A stretch of 64,000 nt of DNA from Leucoraja ocellata (lineage: Eukaryota). Location of the stretch: the NCBI GenBank assembly GCA_036785375.1, contig JAWMAR010000058.1, positions 6,820,001 to 6,884,000 on the forward strand, written 5' to 3'. The notes beneath the pieces were generated by a model. It was not told the DNA's origin, did not search any database, and saw only the letters and a list, made by a program, of their open reading frames with translations. This document shows positions 47,700-61,211 of the stretch, one piece after another (the stretch's first letter is position 1; each line of letters starts with the position of its first letter). A program made the position numbers and the translations under genes.

Positions 47700-48959
47700 C
47701 ATTCCCTGAACCTAGGTCTCCCAACCAAACGTGTCTCGGAGCAGTTACATCGACCTTTTGGGAAGGTTACCATGAATCTTTGAGGGGAGGAATGAATGAA
47801 ATAGGCGCGTATTCTCCAGTGTTTTGAAGAACGGGAATTGAATCCTATAAAAATCTGAAGAGAAAATAGAGGAAGTGCTCAGAGCGTTGGGAACCAGGTT
47901 CATAATGTTATGATAATGGGTTGGCCAATTCGAGCTGTAATAAAAACACATCTCCATGTAGCATGCTGTGGATATGTGGAATCTGCTGCCCAGAGTGTTG
48001 AGGTTAAGTCATTGGGTCTCTTCATGGATGTTGGATGATTGTTTGGGTCAATAAGGGAACCGACCAAAGGATTGAAGAAGAGGCTGGAGATAGAAATTCA
48101 GCCATGAAACTATTCAACGCAGCACGTTCTCGATGGGCCCATCTGGCTAATTCCAAATCCCTGTTCTTAAGATGTTATTAATGATGAGAACAGGCTCAAG
48201 GCCCCGAATGGCCTTCGGTTAGTTTTACTCTAAAACATCCCAAAATATATTCATAACGCGTTCTGCATTTGCTCTTCTGGATGTAAGATGGCTATTTCAT
48301 TTGTTTACATAATATCATGAGATGCACTTTAAAATAATTAATTCTATATGAGGTGAACTCAAGTGCATATGAATATTTTTAATTACATGCGTCATATCTG
48401 CAAAACGTATCAACATTTCATTTTAGAGTTGCTTTCAACCACCAGCCAAATGCATTATATAGAATCAGGGGATGGGAATTACACTAGTGGCTCTGCACCC
48501 GCTGTCGTGCAGCAGAAATGCATTGTGTGCATGCTGTTGTGCATAGTGCATGTGCAGCGATAGAGCTTTAGAAATTAGAGCCAACAGCCCTCACTCTCTC
48601 TCTGTTTCCATTGCCGCTGGTACGATGTGACAAGTGATGTGTGACTATTCCTGCAGGTTGCTGCTGACTGCAGCCTATTTACACTCAAGCTGAATTCACA
48701 CTTGAACGACATTCAGATTTTATACTGAGGCTGAGCCAAAGCTGCTTCATAATTACGGGCCGCATCAGATAGCGGGCCTGCTGCAGACATACATCATGGG
48801 CGCTGCCCTGCCATGGTGGTCGCAAACCACTTGGAGAGGAGAGGAGGGCATGTTAGCATCAATTAGCTGCTCACATGTCAGATATGTATGGTGAGCTTTG
48901 GACTCCCTACTGTTCACGTTGGCAGAGAAACAACTTCCCTCCAGGGATGAATAAAATTT

Positions 48960-49740
48960 TATCGTATACTCACATTCACACTCCACTCACAGAAAGTGCA
49001 CAGCTATATCCTCACATGTACTGTTTATGTGGAGTGTTTGCACCCATACTGCTCTCACTCAGTGTGTACAGCGGTGTACTCACACACAGAGTGCATACAA
49101 TCTGCACACAATCAGAATGTGCACAAGAGTGCACTCATTCAGTGTGTGCAGCATTACTCCCCCCTGTGCTGTTCATGTATGTACTCAAACATAGTGATGA
49201 ACCACAGTGTACATATATGTGTGGCCACCCACACACGGCTCACACTGAAACTGTGTGCATGCATCTGCTCACACTTACATTGCTGGTGTATGGGAAATTA
49301 CTAACAATGGGACGCACGGCTCACACTCAGACTGTACAGCAATGGACTAACCCTCACACTGTTCACCCTCAGACTATTTACAGTGTACACATGTACACTG
49401 CTCATGGTATGTGTGTAGGGGTATACTCACATTTTCTCACCCACCCACACAAACAAACATGTACCCAAACTGAGTGTGCACATACATATTGTTTGCACAG
49501 ACAAATATACAGAATATGTACAGACAAATATGTACTCACAGTCTGTACAGACATGTATCCACACACAATGTATTCAGACATGACTCACACAGAGCTTGTA
49601 CAGGCATGTGCCCACACAGTGTATACGGACATGTCCTCAAAGCATGTTCACACATGTATTCAAACAGACTGTGTGTTCAAGTGTAGTGACAGTGGTACTG
49701 CTCACACTCAGGGTGTGAGTACAACCCTCAGCACAATAAT
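48960..49740. repeat. Degenerate CA/TG-rich tract
   Basis: Many ACAC/TGTG/TGTAC words; accounts for the spurious 290-aa ORF. Confidence 0.8.
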
Positions 49741-50069
49741 AAACTAACTCCAATATCAATATCGAAGCATGAATGTCACCCACTAGAGGAGCAGATAAAT
49801 ATCACTCTCTTTTGGATTGATGCTAACAATCAGTCTGAGTTCACCTGTGAAGACTGAGGGCCTGGATGGGTGACCAGGATCCTCCATCTCCACGTGACCT
49901 CGTGAAATTGTTGGTAGTCCAGGAAGCACAGACATCGTCCTTTCATTATCCTGATGCCAGGGTCTCAATTGGTTCTTTGCAGGAGTTGTTCAGTCCATGT
50001 CCCGCAGGATTTTAAGGGTGAATGAATGTGTCCTCCGGCTGAGGGAGTCTAGAACCAGGAACTCACCAC

Positions 50070-50480
50070 TAAGACATGGAGCTATACAGCATGGAAATAG
50101 GCCATTTGGCCCACCTTGTCCATACCAATTTCATACTGAGATAGTTCCATTTGCCTGCATTCACCCAATCAGTGCCCTCTAAACCCTTCCTCTCCAATAT
50201 CAAATGTCTTTTAAAAGTGTAACAGCATCCACTTTGATGGCTTCCTCTGGCAGGTTTTTCTAAATACAGACTACTCTCAGTGTAAAGGTTGCCCTTGATG
50301 TCCCCCTTAAATCTCTCCCCTTTCTCAATAAGCCTCAGTGTAAAGTTTGCCCGTGTCCCCCTTAAATCTCTCCCCTTTCTCAATAAGCCTATTTCTCTAG
50401 TTTTAAAAATATCGGCCATGAGAAAAAAAGGCTGTCTTTCATGATCTTGTACACCTCAGTAATGTCACCCCTCAGACATG
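50070..50480 (-). mobile_element. CR1 3' end with internal ~57-bp tandem duplication
   Basis: CTCAGTGTAAAG..TCCCCCTTAAATCTCTCCCCTTTCTCAATAAGC at ~50276 and ~50334. Confidence 0.8.
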
Positions 50481-51509
50481 AATTCTCTTATTGCAGCAAA
50501 ATGTCCTCCCCTATCCAGTAGCTAATTCTGGATTCCATGTTATCTAACTTACCAAACAAGCCTACCATTTTCTTTTCAGTTATTTATTAACTAACATTAC
50601 TTATGAATCTGCTTTTGCTGCCCTTTCTGAGAATTTAGATTAGAGCAACCTCCTGTGTGAAAACAGAGACCAGGGAGAATGCGGACTCTAAAACCGGTAG
50701 CTACATAGCGGAGAGCAACAAAACAGGCAGCACTTCTGCAGGGAAATGGATAGTTAGCATTTCAGGTCGGGGCTCTGTATCAAGTTCTAGATGAAGGGCC
50801 TCAATGTGATTGTCCATTTCCCTCCACAGATGTTACCTGAATTTCTGGCTGTCTCTAGGTCCTCGTATATTTTTGCACCTATGTAACAAATAGTTTCCTC
50901 AATAACCTTGTAACTCTCTTAACTATCGTAGAGTAAGTTAACCTCCCAAACTCCCAGTCTTTCCACAGGAATGGAGCAGGCATTACTATTCAGTGCACCA
51001 TCTCCAAGGTCTTAACTTGCTCCCAAATGTGTGCAAAAGTAGACTCGCCGCAAGGTCTCACTCGTGATCTATAGCTTTACTTTCTCTTTACCAGCTTAGT
51101 GCAGGAGGGGCGATGGAGATGTGAGGGGAACTTTGCTTTGGGTAAAAACATTATGTTTTATGGTTGTCAGGCTGCTCACCCCCCCCCCCCCCCCCCCCCC
51201 CCCCCGGAGCCTGACAGCACAGGACACTATCACTGGGAAACAGTGCTGCAGTCCTGGCGCTTGCTGGATCCCTCCCTCCCCTATGCATTCTGTATCTTAT
51301 ATGTGGCTTTCAAATCATGGCTTGCAGCTAAACTTCGGATTCAAAGTATTGATATCTGTACCAGCTGCACCTCATTAAATTGGAAAGCTTCCCTTCAAGG
51401 CTTTTAAACTATATCCTGAGCGACATGGTTTTTCCAGCTAATTGACTGAATTGTAAAGCTTCTCTGCAGAAATGACAGGCATTTAGATCAGTATCGCTTC
51501 ATAATGGTG

Positions 51510-51840
51510 GTATCTGTGAGTGTGACTGCTTCTGTGCCTATGTAGATGTGTGGCTGCCTCGTCAGTTTGCGTGTTGTTATTTGTGTGTTGGTACGTGTGT
51601 CTAAAAATGTGTCTGTCAGTCTTTGTGTGGCTAAGCATGTATGTACCTGCCTGTATGTGTGTGTGTGCCTGCATCTGCACCTTTGTACATGTATGTGTGT
51701 GTTTGTGTAGTGTTTGAGCCTGCTTTTGTGCACATCTGTGGTTATAGGAGTGTATCTGAATGCATGTGTCTGCATACGTACATATGTTGGTGTGCATCTG
51801 TGCATGTCCCTATGTGTGTGTTTGTGAGTGTCAGTGACCA
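51510..51840. repeat. TG-rich low-complexity tract
   Basis: Degenerate (TG)n. Confidence 0.85.
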
Positions 51841-54800
51841 TGCCTTCTGCTCCCGTATTCTGGAATCCCCTCTCTGAACCTCTCTGACCCACTCAGCTGC
51901 CTCTGGTCGTTCTTTCAGACCTTCCTCTGACACCAAAGCTTTGCCTCCTCCTTCAGCTTGCTGTCTGACTCGTGTTTAATGCTGCCCCTATGCTCAGGGG
52001 CGTATGGCTGTGTTAGCAGGGCTGTATGAATGCAAAATATGTTGTATAATTTGCATCAACTATGCTGGAATAAAAGCTGAAGTGTTTACGTGGTGATGAG
52101 GCGATGTTTATACAGACCCCAATGCATTTGTCTCACTTCCTTGCTTTCTGCTGGAACAGACACAGTCAGAGCTGCAGCAGCAGCAAGAAGCAAAGCAGAG
52201 TAGGTCGGCACACAGAATATGTTCCTCTTCCTCAGAGGAAAGGTCTTGAACCTGCACTGTGGGAAGTGTTGAGATAACAGCAGTCATTTCAGGGGAACTC
52301 CTCAATCTCCTTCTTGCCCAAATCTCTTTGCCCGCCCCCACCTGAGTGGACCCTGCCTGTGGGTCAGCTATCATCATCCCTTTACCACATCCCTCCCACT
52401 GCGAGAACGGTTCCCAGCCAACGTGATTATTGTGGATGAGACACTGGTACTGTGGATCACGGTGATGACTCTAACTCCCAAAGAGATGCATCCCCCCCTT
52501 TGCCTCTCCCAGATCGTTGCTGTAGGAGTGAAGCTCGCATTAGAAAATCAGCCTCTGTCTGTCCTCCTACACTTCTGGCACTTTCTCCTCCTTTGAGCAA
52601 CTCACCCAATTCCATTCTTCTTTCCTCTCATTTAAAATTGTCGCTTCCTTCCGCCCACCCGAGTACAATAATAATTTTCTTATTAAGCTATCTTCACTGC
52701 TTTCCACCCTCAGCCTTTCCATTAAGCTACTTCACATCTCTGGTAATTTCAACCTCCAGTTCAATTCACTTGCTGCTCATTCTCCGTGTTCTCCACTTGT
52801 TTTCAATCTCTCCCTCCCTGTAAACTTGTCAGCCTGTGTTCTCTTTGACGTTGAGCTCTCATGTTAGCGAGCTACTTTCAATATCATGGATGACGCCATC
52901 CCTGTCACATGCTTGCATTGTTCTATATCCACATTGCCTCTCCCGTCCCAGCTCCGTGTGCTCTGCCCCAGGAAGATTCAATTACTGCAGCCCTTCTGAA
53001 ATCTCAGTTGTCCAGTCGCTGATGCTCTAATTATCACCACACTTCCATAGTCACTGATCTCCTAACCAAGCCCTTGCCTGCACCTCTGAAGTCCTAAACC
53101 CCCATTATAAACCACTGTCCTTTCCAACCACTGACCACCCACCCTGACACAGCATTCATTCTATTTACTTAGGTTGACAGGTTATTGACCAAAAGATTGG
53201 ATTGCCAATTCACCAGCAGATGCAGGTGTATCTGATTCTATTGGCCCTTACCTCATCCCCTACTGTTCACTGTTCCAGGGTGACCCTGCAATGGGAAGAC
53301 AACCCCTACTTCATTCCGTTACTGTAAGCTATCCGCATGAAGCCCTCTCACATTACCTCCGCAATGACCTCCATTAACAAGTGCAAGGAGCACGTATCCT
53401 GATATCCTCTAGGAAAATGTCTTTGTCATTGAGATATAGGGACCATCTAGTCTGTCACCTTGTCAATTACTGCTATCCAATTTCCGCCACCACTCACAAC
53501 ACTACACTCACAATACTAGTTCCTTGAGACTCCCTTGATTCTTTGCTGACCACCTAGCTTCGTCATCCCCCCCCCTCCCCCCCCCTTGAATTAGATATCA
53601 CATGATCGACGAATTAGGGAACACATTATGCTGACCGAATTGGTTGTCATGTGATTTTGTTCGAGAAGTAGAGAACTACTTAAGTGACTTTGGAAATTGA
53701 CACGAATGAGAAAAGTTGTCTTGCCAAAACAAAAAAACAATGCAGGAAAAAGAAAAGTTTTCAGGCAACCTCCAACAGTAATCAGATGCAATTGTTTCCT
53801 AAAAACACAGTTTCACCAGGGGTGGCCCTGGAAATTGACTAGGTATTGCTTCTATTGACAATTGTGTAAAGATACTCCATTAAATAATGTGCAACCTTTT
53901 GTATTTTGAACTTGCAGTAATGAAACAAAATTTATAGCTATTAGAAAGATCTTTATTATTGAATATCCTGCGGAAGAAAATAACATTGATATTGTGTCTG
54001 AAAGTCTCTATCTCCTAAGCTGCTGGTGTAACTGCAAGTGGACATCTCTCTGATTATCTATAGTCCTTGTACCAAACAATTCATTACATGCGTCACTGTA
54101 TGTCATGCCCAGCATTACATCTGTGCAGTGAAACACCTCAGTGCCAAGCAGAGGCAGGGCCCCACTTGGCAGTAGATTCTGTATGATGGTCCCCTGAGTG
54201 GACTGTCAATGTGAATTGGGAGAATGCCTCATTGCCAGAACTTTCAAACAAGCACCAGGATCTCGCATGGCTAGATGTGAGAGGGGTCTTCCCTGTCAGC
54301 ACCGGCAAAGTCTCAACCCCTTGGCACCTGCCTCAAGGTGTCTGCAGAGCGGATGAGCAGGTTATCTGACTCCTTGTGGACTGCTTGTTGGCCAAGACTG
54401 TTTGGACAAGATGTTGTGATCTTAGCCAAGGTTTGTTCCGAGCAGCATTGTAATACAGGATTCTGTGATCTACGGGATACACACTGGATTATCGTCAAGT
54501 TGGTTCAGGATGTAGCTTACTCTTCCCAAAATGTAGTGGTCTTCCAGCCTGCAAATATTGCAGGATACAAGCAAGTGCCACAATAATGATCAGCATCAGG
54601 TCAAGAAATAGGCTCACCTCATTTGTGAGTATCCCCTTGTCCTCCCGACCAGACCCAGCACAAATTGCATAAACAGTGTTATTTTTCCTGAGGTTATGTT
54701 TACACATGTCCATCCTTTATTAAATTATATTTTTCCAGTTTCTAACCACAAGAGACAGGTTTTCTCTACTAAAGTCTCAGTAATTCATTTACTGCTCCTG

Positions 54801-55039
54801 ACTCTTGCTTTGGCTTCATATATGAATTATTTCCTGAACTCTTCTCTTCTTTTCATTCAAATGAAAATTCCCTGTGATAAAAATCCACCGCCCTACACTA
54901 CACCTCCGCCACAGAGTTGTGAATCAACTGATTCCTTGCTGAGAGACATGCTCTAAATGTGTGGATTTTTACCTGAAGGGTTCAGAGACATGTTTTGGCA
55001 TCTTTCATGTGAAGGGGAGCAGATTAATCGAATTGATTG

Positions 55040-55340
55040 AAAAATTCAGCTTGGCGCAGGCCTTTCACCCGCAGAGCCGCACCAGCCATCCATTCACCAT
55101 TCACACCTCGTTCTATGCTATCCCACTCTTGCATCCACTCCTTACACACTTGGGACAATTTACAGGGGCCAATTAATCTATAAACCCGCACGTCTTTGGG
55201 ATGTGGGAGGAAACTAGAGCACCTGGAAGAAATCCACCTGGACACATGGAGAGCATCAAACTGCACACAGATAACTCCCGAGGTCGGGATTGAACCAGGG
55301 TCTCTGGCGTTGTCAGGCAGCAGCTCTACCAGCTGTGCTG
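55040..55340 (-). mobile_element. V-SINE
   Basis: CACGTCTTTGGGATGTGGGAGGAAAC..GGGATTGAACC..GGCAGCAGCTCTACC. Confidence 0.85.
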
Positions 55341-56859
55341 GATGGTTGGAGCTCACTACACAAATGGCAGTGAATGGTGGCCATTAACTGTTACTCTGAA
55401 GACTGTCACTAATAGATGCTTATTTGGTGGGATGGCTTAGCTGGGATACAACTGATGTACAGATTGACCATTAAATGGTTAAGTAGGCTCAAGGAACTTA
55501 ATAGCCTTGTCTTATTGAATCACCCGTTTTTCCAAAAAAAAAGAATTAGACTGCAATTCAAGGGATCACACATTTTTGTGGCAAACTCTTCTCTGCAACT
55601 GTTCTCTGATTTCTCTCCCCATTCCCTCATCCAGGACACCACTGACAAAATGGGAAAGGGAATTTTAAAAATGAATGGAATTTCTGTCTTTCCTTCCTTA
55701 TTGCAATTGAATTATTTTCTTCGGCTGTCACTCTCACTTCAACTCTTTATCAAACAAGTAACTAATTGGGTCAAATTGAACACTTTACCTTGATAAAGCC
55801 TTCATTGAGATTCTGCCCTGTGACTCACCCCTGGGCATTCCTTTCCAATGTTCTTGATTGAGGAAGAGGTATTGGAACCCTGTTATTAGCAGTGCGGAGG
55901 GAACGGGGTGACCATGGAGGTCAGAAAAGTGATGGGAAAGATCTCCCAGGCACTGAAAACAAGATTGCAGCAGTATGCATCATCTCTGGTATCGGAATAT
56001 TACTAATGGCCATTTCAGTGCTGAGTGGGGAGGTCATAAATCACAAATGCAATGCAGCTAGCCAGCTGGCGTTTGATTCATATCACCAGCCAGGACAACC
56101 TGTGTAGCAGGAAAATGCCCACTTATTCAACAACATGGACAGTGGGCTCCACTATTTCCCTGAAACACTTTTTTTTTGAAGAATGTACAATTTGAAGCTG
56201 ACCTGACACCTAATTTTACAATGAAGGATACGTTCAAGCCGTTGTGTCCATTTTAAAGCAAGAGGGAGTCAACTCCCCCTCTCTTAACACGGCAATAATT
56301 CTCCAGTAATCTTCTGAGCTAATCATTCGCTTGCACAGAACTGGGATCTGGTTATAGGAGCAGGCCATTCAGCCTGACCAGTACTCAGACACCCAAACAA
56401 GTAGTCTTTTTTTTTTTCATTTCCATCCAGCTACCTTGCCTCTGTAATTCATCATACGCTTGCCTATCAAAAATCCAACAATCTCAGTTTCAATTTTTCA
56501 ATCAGCCTCAAGTTTTTGTAAGAAGCCTAGGTCGGAGGTTTTGTAAGAAGCGTATCGGACGTTTCCTGATATCACAATGTGGTGTCTGCCGCTAACTTTA
56601 AGGTTATGCCTCCTTTGCACTAGGTTACCTCTCCAGGGAAAAGAGCTCCTCTCTAGTTCCATCCCTGTCACATCATTTCACCATTTGGAAAACCCAAATT
56701 GCATTATCCTCTACATTCTACATGACAAATCTATCTACCTGTCTTTGCATTTTAGTCCTTTCAAGCAGTGTCGTTCTGGTGAACCGGCAATGAACTCCCT
56801 CAAAGGCACAATTGAAGGTAGTGCTCCAAGCACACTCTATCCAGAGGTTTTAAAAAAAT

Positions 56860-57230
56860 TAAAAACAGAAGAAGTCGGAGCTGGAGTACATCAAGCAGCC
56901 CCCTGAGCCTGCACTACCGTTCAATGTGGCTGACCTGAACTTAGCCTCAGCTCCACTTTCCTCCCAGTTGTCTGTAAACATTGATTTCTCTGCATCTTTC
57001 ACATTTATCTCATCCTTGAATACAATGCGGCTCACATTCACAGGTATCTGAGACACCGAATTTCAAAACTCTCTGCAAGAATAATATTTTCATCATGTCC
57101 ATCTTAGATAGGAGGCCCTTTATCCCAAGCCACGAGCCCCCCTCCTCCCCCAATTCTTGGAATCCCCCACAAGCAAAACATCCTCACCCCATCTACCATC
57201 TACCATCTACCCTGTCAGGTTTCATCACAA
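56860..57230 (-). mobile_element. Old CR1 3' end
   Basis: GGAGCTGGAGTAC..CCGTTCAATGTGGCTGA..CTCTGCAAGAATAATATTTT..TCTACCCTGTC. Confidence 0.6.
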
Positions 57231-57442
57231 GCTGATAAATTAGAAGCATTGAGGGAGTGCCTGGGAAACAGCAGACTATGTGGGTCCCTCACCCTAATGG
57301 CAGCCTATTCTGCCACCATACTGTAGCTGCTGTCGGGAGAACTCTTCATTCACCTTCAAGTAATTGCCGTAAATACAGCGGGGACCTTTTCACCATAGGG
57401 CTATTTGCAATGTGGAACACAGCTGCTCCCAGTTTCTCCTTA

Positions 57443-58381
57443 AGGGCCTGTCCCACTGTACTAGCTAATTCAAGAGTTCTGTGAGTATAGGAGCAGGGAG
57501 GTTCTACTGCAGTTGTACAGGGTCTTGGTGAGACCACACTTGGAGTATTGCGTACAGTTTTGGTCTCCTAATCTGAAGAAAGACATTCTTGCCATAGAGG
57601 CAGTACAGAGAAGGTTCACCAGACTGATTCCTGGGATGTCAGGACTTTCATATGAAGAAAGACTGGATAGACTTGGTTTGTACTCGCTAGAATTTAGAAG
57701 ATTGAGGGGGGATCTTATAGAAACTTACAAAATTCTTAAGGGGTTGACAGGCTAGATGCAGGAAGATTGTTCCCGATGTTGGGGAAGTCCAGAACAAGGG
57801 GTCACAGTTTAAGGATAAGGGGGAAATCTTTTAGGACCGAGATGAGGAAAACTTTTTTCACACAGAGAGTGGTGAATCTCTGGAATTCTCTCCCGCAGAA
57901 GGTAGTTGAGGCCAGTTCATTGGCTATATTTAAGAGGGAGTTAGATGTGGCCCTTGTGGCTAAAGGGATCGGGGGTATGGAGAGAAGGCAGGTACAGGAT
58001 ACTGAGTTGGATGATCAGCCATGATCATATTGAATGGCGGTGCAGGCTTGAAGGGCCGAATGGCCTACTCCTGCACCTATTTTCTATGTTTCTATGTTTC
58101 TCCCAAGTTTCCCCTGAATCAAACTTGGAGAATTACGGTAATAGCCGCTTGTAGGTACTCGGGGCTCTCGTGGCCATTTTTCAACATGTTAAAAAATGTT
58201 CACGAGTCCTCACGAGCTTACCACGTTTCCCGAGTACCTGCCGTTAGAGTTACGAGCTGCTAAGAGACGCCCCGAGCTCCGACTTACCCGCTACGTACAT
58301 TCTACGTGCTTACCACGAGTTTGATTTTTTTTTTAAACTCAAGAGAGCTCTTGAATTACCTTGTACAGTGGGACAGGCCCT
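57443..58381. mobile_element. Second Harbinger-like MITE, split by a CR1 insertion
   Basis: TTA TSD at 57440-42 and 58382-84; same TIRs as 6838-7163; interior related in reverse orientation. Confidence 0.9.
57481..58101 (+). mobile_element. Young 5'-truncated CR1 LINE
   Basis: [55 protein letters not shown]; (TTTCTATG)n tail. Confidence 0.95.
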
Positions 58382-59489
58382 TTATCCAGTCCCAGGAATT
58401 CTTCCAGAGATCCAGAGAGCTGCAAGGTCTGGTGAATCTAATTTCCAGGAACCTTTGATTCTTATGTGAGGACACACAGATCTTTCCGAACTCCAACTTT
58501 TAATAGCCTCACACAATTTAAATAGAAAACTTTTTTGTACTTGTGGATTTCTCATACTTCCCTGCATTAACTCCATCTGTTATTTTGGCCCTATACCTAT
58601 CGTTACTTTGTATGCAGTTTACCATCTGAGCATCAATTGAACAAGGAAATTCATTGCACCCTGATGTTTATGGCAATAAAACCAATCTAAATCTGAATCT
58701 TTGCCCATTCATCCAAAGTGTTTTTATATCCTTCCACAGACTTCTTTGCTGAGGCCCTGGGTTACTCTAGTTTTTGGCATGCAAACAGAAACAGCCTTTC
58801 TGGGACCACTACAAGAGATTGCAATGTTGGCCAAACTCCAATTTGAAATGATGTCAGCGTGTTTATGCTCAGAAATATACCACTAAACCAGGGATATCCC
58901 TCCCTTCCCAAACATTTGCCCCACACTGTAGTGGCTCTGTTGGAATGGAAGACCCCTGCCACGGTCACTCACATGGGTAAGCAAGGCCTGGTCAACACGA
59001 TACAAGCCAGCAGGGAGGACCTGTTTTGAGGGCCCTGGAGATCTACCCAGCCTTCCATAGGTAGGAGTTGGTCAATGCTATCTCCTGCACAAGTGTGGGA
59101 CCTCAACGAGGGGTGAAATGTGATAGACATGGAATCAATGTGATCAGCCCGCAAAGTGAGGATGTATTTTTTATACAGTCTACTTTAAGTGAAGTGCTTC
59201 TTAATGGCAAATATAGAGATGTCATTGTGAGCTATTACAATAATTGGAGCAGGGTTTCCTTCATTGATGTGTCACATTCAATGCAACTGGACACACGGTC
59301 AGGTGTGAGATTATTCTGTGCATTATTTGGCCTCTGTCCACTGATCATTGGGTGTTGTGTTGGTGTTAAGTATTGGAGGGTGAAGTAGTTCACTTGGTTT
59401 GCAATGGGGAACTTTAATTTGCAGGTTTCCCATGTAAACCAGCTGTCTGACTGGGAGTCCATCATGTTTCTGCTCCAGCAGAGAGAATT

Positions 59490-59770
59490 CTGGACCTCTG
59501 CTCCTGGGACATGTCTGTGGCAGCTGAGAATTTAAATTCTCGTCATTAAATGATGCTGGAATTGTATTAGTTTCTGATACAGTGACCAGGAAATGTGGTT
59601 AAAAACACAATGGCTCACTAACATCGTTCAGGGAAGGAAATATTTTGTATTTACCTGGTCTGGCCTGTACGTGACCCCAGTCCCTCTAATTCTAATATTT
59701 AACAGCCTCCACAGGGCAATTAGGGATGAATCATATGTACCAGCAAAATTCACATTCCCTTAAGGGATAG
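59490..59770 (+). mobile_element. Old SINE with CR1-clade tail
   Basis: TGGCTCACTAA..TTCAGGGAAGGAAA..TTACCTGGTCTGGCCT..GGGCAATTAGGGATG; related to ~18510-18735. Confidence 0.65.
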
Positions 59771-59874
59771 AATTTTAGAAAATAAATGATGCCCTCTGTT
59801 ACTGTCTCACAGTGATGAAGGTTCACCAACTGCTTGGTCCATTCCGTAGGGCACCCTCCAAAACCAATGTGGTC

Positions 59875-60200
59875 CCATCCCATTGAGCAGAGCCAGCTGC
59901 CTCACATTGCCAGAGACTCGGGTTCAATCCTGACTTCCGGCACTGTCTGTGTGGAGTTTGCACGCTCTCCCTGTGACTGCATGGGTTTCCTCCCACATCC
60001 CAAAGGTGTGCGGGTTCATAGATTACATGGCCCCCAATGTCTAGGAGAGTGGTAAAATCCGGGGGGAATTGATGGGACTCTGGGGAGAATAATAAAAAAA
60101 TAATTTGTGTAATTAGTGTAAATGGGTGCTTGATGGTCAACATGTACTCTCAGTGGGCCGATGAGCTTGTTTCTGTGCTCTACCTCTCTGTAACTCGATA
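59875..60200 (+). mobile_element. V-SINE
   Basis: B box GGTTCAATCC; TGTGTGGAGTTTGCACGCTCTCCCTGTGACTGCATGGGTTTCCTCCCACATCCCAAAG. Confidence 0.88.
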
Positions 60201-60660
60201 AGCTTCTGTTCTGGTGATCTGTGGTAATTTCCAACACTAGGCTAATGCTTGTGCAGCTCTCTGTTTCAGCTGTGAGGCTGGAGAGTGCAGTGGTGTGAGT
60301 GGGCAGAGAAAAGTAGGCAGCAGCCCTTTTATCCAAAGATCCATCCCTTCACCCACTGGACGTGTCTGGCAGTGAGGACTCCTGTAGGATGGAGATGATG
60401 TCATGTGCAGTTGACCTCCAGGCTGAAGGAGTGGCACTCCTGTCCGAGGAGCCCTTGTGGTCAACGGCCAACTTTGGAAGTAAAATATTGATTTGTGTTT
60501 CCCACTTATAAGGGGGTGAATTAAGTGACATTTTTGTGAAACAGTTTTCAAGACTTCAATTGAAGCCTCTCTCTCCAATCCGGCATCAACAATCTGTTGG
60601 GGCAGATGATTCCCACCCCCCATTGCTTGGGCAAAATTGTTCCTCTTTTCATTATTTAAT

Positions 60661-60840
60661 TGTGTAGGAAGGAACTGCAGGTGCTGGATTAAACGGAAGA
60701 TTTTATCACAAAAAGCTGGAGTAACTCAGCGGGACAGGCAGCATCTCTGGAGAAGGGTCTCGACACAAAACGTCACCCATTCCTTCTCTCCAGAGATGCT
60801 GCCTATCCCGCTGAGTTACACTAGCTTTTTGTGTCTATCC
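60661..60840. mobile_element. Palindromic PLE-derived element
   Basis: Inverted arms around AAGGGTCTCGACACAAAACGTC; imperfect flanking duplication TCATTATTTAATTG / TCATGTTTAAATTG. Confidence 0.85.
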
Positions 60841-61111
60841 TCATGTTTAAATTGCCTGGTTCTAACTTAAACTATATTCTCTTTCATCCAGATCCCCCAT
60901 CAGAACTAAAGTTCTCTTTCTAGGGTCAAGCAGAAACAGGCCCTTCAGCCCACCACGTTGATGCTAACCACTGAGCCATGAGCCATTTACCAACACTTCT
61001 TTCTCACCTATTGAATCCCTTTAGCATTTTATTTTACCATGCGATTCTGATACGCCAACTGGGCAATAAAATAAAGGCAGGTAGCTTGAATTAGAAAGAT
61101 GATCAGACCTA

Positions 61112-61211
61112 GACACAAAATACTGGAGTAACTAAGCGGGTGAGGCAGCATCTATGGAGAGAAGGAATGGGCGACGTTTTGGGTCGAGACCCTTCTTCGG
61201 ACATGATAATC
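61112..61211 (-). mobile_element. PLE-derived terminal insertion with ~15-bp TSD
   Basis: AGATGATCAGAYCTA at 61097-61111 and 61212-61226; mutated hammerhead core. Confidence 0.85.

Noticed and set aside
48875-49747. Longest ORF (290 aa)
   Set aside because: H/T/C/V/Y-rich translation of a degenerate CA/TG tract; no recognisable domain
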